Shown in pieces: positions 14,629 to 26,288 of a stretch of DNA of 64,000 bases. Origin of the DNA: the human T2T-CHM13v2.0 reference genome, Homo sapiens; assembly GCF_009914755.1 (NCBI RefSeq), contig NC_060928.1; one strand, given 5' to 3'. The notes beneath the pieces were generated by a model. That model had not been told where the DNA came from, did no database searches, and worked only from the letters and a program-made list of their open reading frames with translations. The translations under genes and the position numbers were made by a program. The first letter of the stretch is position 1; the number at the start of each line of letters is the position of its first letter.

Positions 14629-17261
14629 TGTTCAGTTGATATTTAGCAGACAGCTTTGGGGAATAAAAGATATCGATACTCTCAGTTTCTAGGCAGATAA
14701 TAAATATGGAGAAAAGAGTAAAAATATCATTGTTTCACAAGTCGGTGCAGAGAAGTATCTCTAAATAAAAACGTATTTTAGTGCTTTCTGTTCCCCTGTG
14801 GGACAGAAAATAGGAGGTCCAAATGCCTGGAATGTCTTTATAGATTCCAGGCTTAGGAAGTATTGGTGCAGGGCCAAAATATCTCTATCAAGGGAGGGGT
14901 ATGGTCTTGTTAGACAGCCACTGAATTCTGATCAAGAATTATAAGTTGAAATAACATATTTGAGAAGATAAAGTACATGTGTTTAAGAGGGAAAGAGGAG
15001 AACAGTAACCTCAGGCTGGACATATAGAATTATGAGTAAAGGCAGGATGAGGAGGAGAAAGGCAGAAATGTGAATTGTTGGACTTAGCTTGAAAGTGGAA
15101 AAGGCAGCAACCAGGAAACTTCCCAGGATATAGTTTTGAAGATGCCAACTGATTGCCAAAGTTGATGACTTAGTAATATTATTTGGAAGACCTCTAGACC
15201 CTTCTAGGTTTATCTGCCTGCTGTAAGGCCCCTCCCATTAGTAGCCACCAAAGCACATTCAGTTTGGTTCTTGAGACGTCTCATTTGTCTTGTGGAAAAA
15301 TGACACATCAATAAAAACCCATTACTCCAATCAATATTTCAGGAAGCCTGGAGAGTATATGCAAGCTACTGACAATCCATGTAATAGCCCCAAAGGAAAG
15401 GTGGGCATTACTTTCTAGCCATTTTATAGACATCGATATTCCATCAGAAAATATCACACCTATCATTTCACTAACAAAGAAGTGCTGTTTGATTGAGGAA
15501 ACTATTGATAGCCCAGTGAAAAAGAAATGACACATCCAGGGGAAAATGATCATTTTTAAACAAATATCCCACACATTAGTGTAGAATAATTACTGGAGAA
15601 GAGCTATCTTTAGAAAAACTGAAATCTCAAGGTCTCTGTAAATGATATTGTGACCAAGTCCAGCCCTTATACACTCATTCTAATACTTCCACTTTTCAAT
15701 ATTGACCCTTCACCACCATCGGGTTGTTTCTTCTTGTTCATAACAGATTTATTTATGTATTTAGGAGTATACATGTTTTGAAAACATTCTCAGAGCGTAT
15801 TACTTCAGCTTCTTCTTCTCTTATATACTTATGTATTCAACCATCTGTCTGTCTCTCTACCTAGCTTTTTAACTGCCTACTAAACTACCTATGCTCTATC
15901 ATCTAGCCATCTATCTCATTATCTTTTTGTCATCTATGTCTACCTTTCTCTTAGCAAGAGTTGCATATGATAAACTTTAATGCAAATTATATTTCCTTGG
16001 TTGTTTATAAGATTTTGAAAGCTCTGCAATCTTCTATTGAATAATGGTGTGTTTCATTTCCTATTATTAACAATTCTCTACTTTAGAAACAGGTAGAAAA
16101 TCTTTATGCTTCTCTTTGTGATTTTGTATCCTTTTAAAACATTTAGGTGCATTTAAGGTGATATGCAAAACCCAGGAATTTTCGGTAAAATAATATCAGG
16201 ATAATTTTATACAGAGATTGTCACTGAAATATGACTATCATTATTTGTCTTGTTAGGTAAAGCCTCTTGGTTAGTTTTAGTATTAGCCTGAACTCAAACA
16301 TTTACCCTTACTGGAAACTTTAAGCTTGTAGTCAAAATTATTCTTATTTAAGTGAATCTACTATCATCGGAGTTTAATTAATTTTATTCTTGATAGGATG
16401 AGACTATTTTTCTTATTAAGTTAAACTCAGTTTAAGGCATTTGCACAATACTTAACAATAAAGATGAAAATTTCTGAGGTAGAGTTAGATCTGATAGCTT
16501 TATATTTTTAAAATCTTCATTGTTAGTTTTAATCTTTCTTGTATATTTCTCACAAAATTCAATTCAGTGTTTGAGGCAAGTTTAATTACTGAACACCTCG
16601 GTGTACAATAAACTTTAAACTATGTTTAAAAATACCTGTGAGATGTGAGGAAGCCATGTAGAATGTTATAGGAAACCATACACGGGAGATTAAAATGAAC
16701 ATTATTTACTCAAGGGGAAAATGTGTAATTCCTCTTGAGATTTGCAGAATTATTTTATATGGTCTATAATCCTTTTCAATATTATAAAACATATAATTCT
16801 TGGAACTTTAAAGGTATTTAAAGCAAAAATGTTTAGAAAATATGTATTGCTTATTTCCAATTTATATCTGCATTTACTATGTTTTATAGATTGCTAATAT
16901 ATTATTATTTTGTACACTATTTCAAAAGTTTTAATTCATCAGAAATATTTTATAAATATGAAACTTGCTTTATATCTTCATATCTAATCTTTTGTCTCAA
17001 GAAGTAGAGATATGTAATTATAATAATATTGTCAGTGCATATTTTACATTCCCCTATCTCCGTATTTCTGGGTAAGTGGAAAGAGAAGGGTATGGCACTG
17101 GGAATCAAGAGGGAAGAAGGGAATTTTTTAAAGTTTAGTGGTTCCTAGAATGAGAGAGGTGAAAAAATGGAGAAAGGAAAATAAAAAATATAAGGCCCTT
17201 TTTAGATCAAAATGCCTGCTATTGGGGTTAAGAGAACAGAAATGACTAGAGATATACGATT

Positions 17262-17266
17262 GATAA

Positions 17267-17305
<39 letters not shown>

Positions 17306-17373
17306 CATACATACATACATACATACATACATACATACATACATAGATACATAGATACATAGAGACAGACAGA
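17262..17373. repeat. Compound tetranucleotide STR [GATA]9[CATA]10 plus degenerate units
   Basis: GATA x9 at 17270-17305, CATA x10 at 17306-17345. Confidence 0.97.
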
Positions 17374-17779
17374 TGTTATGGGCTAAATTGTGTTTCTTCC
17401 AAACTCACATGTTGAAGCCCTAACTCCCAGTACCTCAGAAAGTGACTGTATATAGACATGAGCCGTTAAATAGGTAATTATGTTTAAATAAAGTCCTTAG
17501 TGTAGGCTCTAATTTAGTCTTATTGATGGCCTTGTAACAACAGGAAATTTGGACATACAAAGAGACACCAGGTGCATGCATGCACAGAGGGATGACCATG
17601 TCAGAGACACTAAGAGAGCAGCTGTCTGCAAGCCAAGGAGAGAGGTCACCTGAGAAACTAACATGGCTAACACCTTGATCGTGGACTTCCAGCCCCCAGA
17701 ACCGTGAGAAAATCATTTCTGTTGTTTCAGCCATCCAGTCTGTGGAACTTTGTTATGGCAGCCCCAGCAAACAAATACA
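17374..17779 (+). mobile_element. MLT1B solo LTR
   Basis: TGTTATGGGCTAAATTGTG...TTTGTTATGGCAGCCCCAGCAAACAAATACA; TSD ACAGA/ATAGA. Confidence 0.9.
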
Positions 17780-19023
17780 ATAGATATTTGCCCCGTCTTC
17801 CCCATTTGGGATTCTGTGAGAAGACCTTTTAGAATGTGTCTCTGTCAATCTGGAGCAGGCTCAACAGAGACATTTGCTACCAGGATTTATGCCTCAAATT
17901 TCCCCAAGCTCCTGTAATTTTGAAAGGAGAGGTTTTCCCTTTTTTTTCTCTGTGCTCCTTGAGAGAGACACAGAAAGTGGCAATGGACCTGTTATTGTGA
18001 TGATCCCCCACTGAGGTAAGGGGTAAGGTGACCCCAGAGTGGAGGCTGTGGGGTAGGATGGCATAAGTCATACATACAATAGAAAATATGACTGAATCAC
18101 AAAAAACCTGCAGGGTCGGCCAGAGCTGATCAGCAGAAGCTGGCAGGGAACCTGGTATTTAATATGACATATTGCCACAGATACTAACAAAGCCCCAGAG
18201 GAAGAAAAAAGGATGAACATTTGGCTCCAAGGGCACCATCTCTTGGAAGTGGAGGCAAGTAAGCTTTCCCTTAATACAGATGCCAATTTGGGAAGAAAGA
18301 GAGAAGCAGAAATCCTTTAAAGCTATGTATTTACAAATTACTAAATAGAGTGTTTAAAATGGAAGATATTATGATATTTTAAAATCACAGCAGTGAGTCA
18401 GCTGTCCCTACAATGCCCGTAGTACTCTGGACTAAGAGGACTCAGATATAAGAGAGAGAACTTGTTTCTTGATTTAGTCAAGTATACAATCAAATAAACC
18501 ACAATTCCCTACATAAGCCCAATATTTGTATATAAATACAGGGCCCCACTACAAGTTCATGCTTCTCTTTTGTTCAACTCATAAAAGATAGTGTTAGACT
18601 AGGCCATTATAAGTATTTGAGCAATTGAAGTTGCTACATCAATGATGTTTGAGTTGATATTAAAATAGCACCATGTATTTTATATTTTACAAGAAATTAA
18701 GTCTGACAGATGGAAGTAAACAAGTCTAGAAGGGTGACTAATCACTAACCCACATTGAATGGAGTTACTAGAGGAGCTTAAGCACTGTCAGTGTCAGCTA
18801 CAAATCTCTTAGCAAATGGAGTGAATGTGTCTTCAGTGTGGAAGCAAAAATAAAGTCAATTATAAAAAGTTGAGGAAGTAGAGAAAGGAAAAGAAAAACA
18901 GGGAAAAAAGTACAAAACAGAAAAATTAATAACTACTATGGCTCACCCCTCATTTAAGTTATAAAATTGCAAAATATTCCCACAAAAAACATTTGTAAAT
19001 CTTCATTCCTTAAAGATCTATGA

Positions 19024-19224
19024 CAGGAGTTAGCAAACCACAGTAGATGGGGAAATCAGAATTTCCATCTAAAGTTTTATTGGAATACAGTCATGCCCAT
19101 TATTGTCAATGGCTACTTTACCACTACCAACGGCAAAGTTAAGTAGTTGCTGCCGAGACTTATACCTCACAATGCCTAAGTATTCACCATTTGGCCCTTT
19201 ACAGGAAACGTCTGCCAACTTCTG
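19024..19224. mobile_element. MER58A-like hAT-Charlie MITE
   Basis: CAGGAGTTAGCAAAC...TCTGCCAACTTCTG terminal inverted repeats; AAAGTTTTATTGGAA and GGCCCTTTACAG core. Confidence 0.85.
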
Positions 19225-19713
19225 TCCTAATTTTGGAGGTCCTATTTTTATATGGGAATATAACTGGTTTCTACTTATACATTTTCCATACCAAAAAGCA
19301 GATATCAACTTGATTTGAGGCAGGTCAATAACTCCTTTTTCTTCCTTATTGTCATTTTGGCAAAAGGACCCGAAATTCCAGCTGACAGTATCAGCTTCCA
19401 ATATTTGTCCACTAATATTAGAAGGATTTTTCTTTATATTGACATGATTTTAGACCATCAAATGCAGAGTTGTTATGGTGGAAATGAAAATGCTTGTGTG
19501 TCATTAGATTCTCTACCATTATTTTACTTTTTGGTGGTAAGTGACATAAACAAATATTTCTAACTCTCTGATTTCTGGGCATAAGACAGATTATAATTCT
19601 GGCTTTCTTGTGTTTGGGAGAAGCCATGTGACAAGGTGTGGCCATGAAATGTGACTGGAAGTGATATGTACCACTTCTGCAAAGCATTCTACTATATGAA
19701 AACCCCAGGGCAG

Positions 19714-20249
19714 TGTGATGGTTAATATTGAGTGTCAACTTGATTGGATTGAAGGATGAAAAGTATTGTTCCTGGGTATGTCTGTGAGGATGTTGCCAAA
19801 GGAGATTAACATTTTAGTCAGTGAACTGCTAGTTGCACAACTACCCACAGTGTGGGTGGATACCATCTAATCAACTGCCAATACAGCTAGAATAAAGAAA
19901 CTTGCTGAGTCTTCCAGCCTTCATCTTTCTCCCATGCTGGATGCTTCTTGCCCTTGAACATCACACTCCAAGTTCTTCAGCTTTTGGACTCTTAGACTTA
20001 CACCAGTGGTTTGCAAGGGGAGCTCAGGCCTCTGGCCACAGACTGAAGGCTGCACTGTTGGCTTTCCTACTTTTGAGGTTTTGGGAGTCGTACTGATCCA
20101 CCATTGGCTTTCTTGCTCCTCAACTTGCAGAGGGCCTATTCTGGGACTTTACCTTGTGATTGTGTGAGTCAATTCTCCTTAATAAACTCCCTTTTACGAA
20201 CATGTATATTCTATTAGTCCTGTCCCTCTAGAGAATCTGGACTAATACA
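19714..20249 (+). mobile_element. MLT2A (HERVL) solo LTR
   Basis: TGTGATGGTTAATATTGAGTGTCAACTTGATTGGATTGAAGG...GTCCCTCTAGAGAATCTGGACTAATACA; TSD GGCAG/GGCAT. Confidence 0.93.
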
Positions 20250-20290
20250 GGCATATTACCACTAATACATATCACCACTAGTACAGGCTT

Positions 20291-20739
20291 AATACCACAG
20301 AAATACAAAAGATCATTCAAGCCTACTATGAACACCTTTTTGAAACAAATCAAAATGAAAACACAACATACTAACCCTGTGGAATGCAGCAGAAACAGTG
20401 CTAAGAGGGAGGGAAGGTTATAGCATTAAATGCCTATGTCAAAAAAAGTAGAAAGATTTTAAATTAACAATTTAACAATACATCTCAAGGAACTAGAAAA
20501 GCAAGAACAAATCAATACCCACCCCCCCAAAAAAAACACAGAAGAAACGAAATAACAAAGATCAGAGAACTAAATGAAATTGAAAAAAAAAGTACAAAAG
20601 ATAAATGAAACAAAAAGCTGGCTCTCTGAAAAGATAAACAAAATTGATAGACATTTAGTGAGATTACCCAGGAAAATAAGGGAAAAGATCCAAATGAGCT
20701 CAATTAGAAATGAAACTGGAGATATTACAACCAATACCA
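20291..20739 (+). mobile_element. L1 ORF2 fragment (L1PB/L1MA age) in permuted order
   Basis: Encodes NTTEIQKIIQAYYEHL first, then the segment that normally precedes it (ending [11 protein letters not shown]). Confidence 0.85.
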
Positions 20740-20744
20740 AGCTA

Positions 20745-23430
20745 GTTTAGAAAACACCAAGCAGGATAAATACCAAAAATTTACAGCAAGGCACATCATA
20801 CGCAAACTGAAACAAAAACAAAGTGAAAATATTAAAAACAAACACTTTACAAATAGAGGAACAAGGATGAGAAGTTGCATCAGACTTCTACAAAAAAATA
20901 TTCCTCAAGAGTGAAGGAAACATCTGAAGGAATTTGTTGCCAGTAGACAGGTCATGCAAGAAACGTTAAAAAGAAGTACTTCAGAGACAAGAAAAGTGAT
21001 ATAGGTCAGAAACTTGAATCTATGTAGAGAGAAAATATGGAGAAGGGACAAATGAACGTAAAGTGAAGTATTTTATTTTTATTACTCCTAGTGCATCTAA
21101 TAGAGTAATGTTTGTTCAAAGTAATAAGACCATCACTATTTTAGGTAATTATAGCATATAGATAAATAAAATGAATGACAATAATGTTACACCAGTGCTA
21201 CCTGTGAATCAGTAGGTTATAATGTAAGAGTTAACTTAGAGTAGGCCAGGCACGGTGGCTCACACTTGTAATCCCAGCACTTTGGGAGGCCGAGGCGGGC
21301 AGATCACAAAGTCAGGAGATCGAGACCATCCTGGCTAACACGGTGAAATCCCTTCTCTACTAAAAAATACAAAAAATTAGCCGGGCATGGTGGCGGGCGC
21401 CTGTAATCCCAGCTACTCAGGAAGCTGAGGCAGGAGAATGGCGTGAACCCAGGAGGCGGAGCTTGCAGTGAGCTGAGATCTGAGATCAGGCCACTGCACT
21501 CCAGCCTGGGCGGCAGAGCGAGACTCTCTCTCGGTGGGGAGGGGGAAAAAGAAAAGAGTTAACTTAGAGTAGTTGTAAATGTATATTGCAAACTCTAGGG
21601 CAATAATTAAACATGTTTATTTATTTCTTTTATTTTGTATTTTCTTTTCAGGACACGATTGGACTGTGTAAATATCTTTAAATATAAATTATGTTCTATG
21701 AAAGGAGAGAAAATGAAAACACATTAAAATGCTCTATTAAGAATAAAGAAGGCAGTAAAAGGAGGGACAGTAAAAAATGACTCAAATACACCAGAGTCAG
21801 AGACTGTCAGAATGGAAACAAACAAACAAAAGCCAATACACAATTATATGCCATCTACAAGAAACCTATCTTAAATATATACACAGACAGATTAACGTAA
21901 AAGGATGAAGAAAAAAATATTATACTAACACTTGTGTAAAAAACACTGGAGTAGCTGCATAATTGCAGAAAAAGTAGAATTCAGGACAAGGAAATTATCA
22001 CACATAAATAGGAGCATTAATAAAGAGGTTAATTTTGTAAGAATGCATAACAATCTTTAGCATGCATGCACCTAACAACGGTGTCAGAATACCTGAGTCC
22101 AAAAGTGATGAAATCTGTAAAAAGGAATAGGCAAATTCACAATTAAAGTTGAAGACGTTAACATCTCTCTGTTAGTAATTGATAGATCCAGTGAGCAGAA
22201 AATCAGTAAGGTTAGAGAGGAAGTGAACAGCACCCCCAATAATAAAGGGTGTCTAAAGGATACTTACAGAATACTTCAGCCAATAACAAAAAAAATAATT
22301 TTTTTTTCAAGCTGACATGGATCATTCATGAAAATAGACCACATTCTCGGTCATAAAAATATACCTTAACAAATGTAAAAGAACAGAAAATATACAAAGG
22401 TACAAAGCATGTTCTCAAAACACAATGCAATTAAACTAGAAATCAAGAAGAATAAGATAGCTGGCAAATCTTCAAATATTTGAAGATTAAACACACACTT
22501 CCACATAATACAGTATTAAAAAAAGCCTCCAGGGAAATTTTAACATTGGAACTAAATGAAAATGAAAACAAGACTTTCCAAAACTTATTAGCTGCAATGA
22601 CAGTATTGCTTGAAGGAAAATTTATATCATTGAGTGTATATTAGAAAAGAAGAAAGTTATAAAAATCAACAGTCTAAGGTAGCACATTAAGAAAAATATG
22701 AACCTAAAGAAGGAGAAAAGAGATAATAAAGGTTAGACTAGAAGTCAATGTAATTGAAAACAGGAAATCAATAGAGAAAGTGAATAAAAACAAAAAATGT
22801 TTTTTTCTTTTGAGAAAGGTCAACAAAACTGATAAATCTTTACCAGGGTAACAAATAAAAGATGTATATATAGAGAGAAAAACAAAGTGCTAATATCATA
22901 AATAAAACAAGGGCTTTTACTAAGGATTTAGTGGCTACTAAAAAGATAATATTATAATACTGTGAACAACTTTGTGCCCAGAAATTAAATAACTTGGCTT
23001 AAATAAACAAATTTCTTAGAAAACACAAACTCTCAAAATTTATAATATAAGAAATCTATAATGTGAGTAGGGCTGTATTTATTAAGGAAATTGATTAATA
23101 ATTACCTTACAAAAATAAAACAGAACAAAATATCAGGTCCATACGATTTTACTTGCAAATCCTACTAAATATTTAAAGAAGAAATTACATTAATTCTCTA
23201 TGATCAGTTTCAGAAGACAAAATTGGGGTGAAATGCCCTAATGCATTCCATGAGGCCTGTATTATCCTAACACCAAAACCAAACAAAAATATTACAAGAA
23301 GAACAACTACGGACCAATATATCTCATGAACATAAATGTGAAATCTTTAGTTAAATATTACCAATATAATACAACAATGTATACAAAGAATTATACACAG
23401 TTATCAGGTGGGACATATTAAAGTTATTCA
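20745..23430 (+). mobile_element. Old L1M (L1MC/MD-like) ORF1-ORF2 remnant, interrupted by AluY
   Basis: ACACCAAGCAGGATAAATACC (ORF1); ATAGACCACATTCT, GCAATTAAACTAGAAATCAA, ACCAATATATCTCATGAACATAAATG (ORF2). Confidence 0.85.
21244..21553 (+). mobile_element. AluY
   Basis: Diagnostic GAGATCGAGACCATCCTGGCTAACACGGTG and GAATGGCGTGAACCC; 18-bp TSD AAGAGTTAACTTAGAGTA (21226-21243 / 21554-21571). Confidence 0.96.
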
Positions 23431-23431
23431 A

Positions 23432-23669
23432 TAGAGGCTGAGATTTGATTTATGCCATCACGTGCCAAGGGACACCTGGGGCTACCAGAACCTCGAAGAG
23501 GAAAGGAAGAATTTTTTCCTAGAATGTTTGTAGGGAGCAGAGCCCTGCTACAATCTTGATTTCAGACTTATAATCTCCAGAACTGTGAGATAATACATTT
23601 CCGGGATTTTTTTTTTAAGCCAGCAATCATGTGGTAAAATTATTTTAGCAGTCACAGGAAAAGAATTCA
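23432..23669 (+). mobile_element. MLT1C-like LTR, 3' half
   Basis: GCCAAGGGACACCTGGGGCTACCAGAA...TTGATTTCAGACTT...CTCCAGAACTGTGAG. Confidence 0.8.
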
Positions 23670-23699
23670 AAGCCTAATTAATTAATTCAAAAATTTAAT

Positions 23700-25048
23700 T
23701 GAGTTTTTTTAAATTTGTATAACTGTATGGAATACATGTGCAATTTTGTTGCATGCATAGGTTGGATAGTGGTCAAGTCAGTGCTTTTAGGGTGTCCATA
23801 ACCCAAATAACATACTGACTTATATTCATCCTCCCCTCTCCCACTTCCCATTCTTCTGAGTTTCCATTAGCTATCGTTTCACTCTCTACATTCACATGAA
23901 CCCATTTTAACTACATAATTATAAGAGAGAATATGTGATATCTGTCTTTCTGTGCCTGGGTTGTTTGGCTTAAGATAATTACCTCCAGTTCTATTCATGT
24001 TGCTGCAAAAGACATAATTTAATTTTTTTGGCTCAGTAGTATTCCATAGTACATATATACCACATTTTCTTTATCCAACATCTGTTAATGGACACTTAGG
24101 TTGATTCCATATCATTGCAGTTGTGAATAATGCTGTGGTAAACATACTAGTGCAGATATGTTTTCTAGCTAATGATTTCTTTCCCTTTGGGTACATACCC
24201 AGTAGTGAGATTGCAGAATCATACTATAGTTCTATTTTTAGTTCTTTGAGAAATATCCATACACTGTTTTATAAAGACTGTACTAAATTATATTCCCACC
24301 AACAGTGTATAAGTGTTACCTTTACTCCATGTTCTCGCCATCTTCAGATATTTTTGTCTTTTTAAACAATAACCATTCTGACTGGTGTAACGTGATATAC
24401 CATTGTGGTATTTATTTGCATTTTCCTGATGACAGTAATGTTGATAAATTTTTTATATACCTGCTGGACATCTGTATGTCATTTTAAAAAAGTCTATTCA
24501 TATACTTTGCCCACTTTTTAATAGACTTATTTTTGTTGTTGAGCTGTTTGATTTGTATATTCTGTTGCTTAGTCCCTTATCAGATGAATAGTTTGAAAAT
24601 ATTTCCCCTCATACAACAGATTGTCTCTTCACTCTGTTGATTATTTTGCTATGCAGAAGCATTTTAGTGTAATTAAGTCCCATTTATCTATTTCTGCTTT
24701 TGTTGCCTAAGCTTTTGCAGTCTTAGTTATAAAGTTTTTGCTTAGACCATTATCCAGAAGAGTTTTCTCTATATTTTCTTCTAGTATTGTTGTACTTTCT
24801 GGTCTTAAAATTAAGTATTTAATTGATCTTGAGTTGATTTTTGTATATGGTGAGAGGTAGAGGTCAAATTTTATTCTTCTGCATATGAGAATCCAATTTT
24901 CCCAACACCACTTATTGGAGAGGGTGTCCTTTCCCCAGTGTATTTTTGTCAGCTTTGGCAAAGATAATTTGGCTGTAAATATGTGTCTGTTTCTGGGTTC
25001 TGTATTTTTTCCCATTGAACTATGCATATATTTTTCTTCCAATACTAT
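23700..25048 (-). mobile_element. L1 3' UTR and ORF2 C-terminus (L1PB4/L1MA-age)
   Basis: ORF 24707-25108 contains HWGKDTLSNKWCWENW...LSPYTKINSR (L1 ORF2p); reverse 3' UTR at 23700-24100. Confidence 0.92.
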
Positions 25049-26288
25049 TGATGGCAGTGGTGGCATGTCTGAAGTGGCTGCTGTGAAGACACTGGCTGCA
25101 CACTCCACGGAGCTGGTGGGAGCCAGGAACAGGTGGGAGCCCTACCCTCCTGGGCGCAGCTGCAACCACCCATCCATGGCTGCAGACCCATGCATCCCTG
25201 TACTCTCGGGAGCCTGGGAAGTACCCACTGCCCCTGCAGGCTCAGAAGTGCCTGCTCGCACTGCCTGGTTTCTCCACACTCCTGGTGCTTGCTTGAATTT
25301 CAGAGCAAAGTTGAAGCCGAGCCCAGGTGCTGTTGTGAGCCGTCTGGGTGTATGCATGCTCAGGGCAGCATTGACACACCAGCTCCCCTGTCACCTCAGC
25401 CCTGTCTGAAACATTGGGCACCAACGAGCTCAGGAAGGGAGGCCAGTGGGGGCTGAGGGCAGCTTTGTGCAGGACTGCAGACATCCCTTAGCACAAACAG
25501 CCTGGGTGCCGTGGATGACATGTTGATGGCAGCAGGAGGCAGACAGGCTCCTGGGTGGAAAGAGGCAAGTTTCTGGTGAAGCCCTACCTTCAAGCCAGGA
25601 ATAGCCTGAAACATGGGTGTGGGGCTGTCACTTCCAGGTGAAGTCCACTGCCTGGAGTGAGAACTTACGGTGCTTTTTCCAGGGCTGCCCATGGTTTCCC
25701 ATGGACCAATCAGCACACACTTCCTCCCTTCTGAAGTCCATAAAAACACTAGTCTCAGCCAGACTCACACAGACATCAGGATGACCTGCCTCTGGAAAGA
25801 AGCTACTCGCTGTTGGGCTCTTCTCCACTAAGAGCTAGACACTCATCTGGAAGACCTGCCTACGGAAAGGAGCTACCCACTTCAGATCTTCTGAGACCTG
25901 TTCTGTTGCTCAATGCAACTCCTCTCCACCTTGCTCACCCCCTGTTGTCTGTGCACTTTATTCTTCTTGGATGTGAGACAAGAACTTGTGACCTGCTGAA
26001 TGGCAGGACTAAAAGAGCTATAACACAAACATGGCTGAAACATGCCTCCCCTACTCACCACATTGTGGGCAATGAGAAGGAGAAAAGATCTGTGGTCCTT
26101 TGGGGAGCCCAGACCTAGAGGCTCCTGGAATCAGGGCTGTGACCCACAGCCCCCCACAGTGCTGGCACCTGTGCCAGCACATTGAGCTGCCTGCCCTGCT
26201 CCAGCAGCCAGTGTGCCAGGCTGTGTGCAGTGTCTGAACCCTGAATTCACTTGTCCACACACCCCTCATCATTCCCAAGCCTGGCTCA
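25049..26288 (+). mobile_element. MER52-family ERV1 LTR, 3' truncated, nested in L1
   Basis: TGATGGCAGTGGTGGC start; GC-rich body; GGACCAATCAGCACACAC; CTGAAGTCCATAAAAAC; GGACTAAAAGAGCTATAACAC. Confidence 0.85.

Noticed and set aside
15308-15574. 88-aa minus-strand ORF, with a largely open frame on the plus strand
   Set aside because: No recognisable homology or splice context; within chance expectation
17790-18300. GC-richer block, possibly an old LTR
   Set aside because: Could not assign a family or termini
24885-26278. Overlapping ORFs up to 174 aa
   Set aside because: Stop-poor GC-rich MER52 LTR and L1 junction
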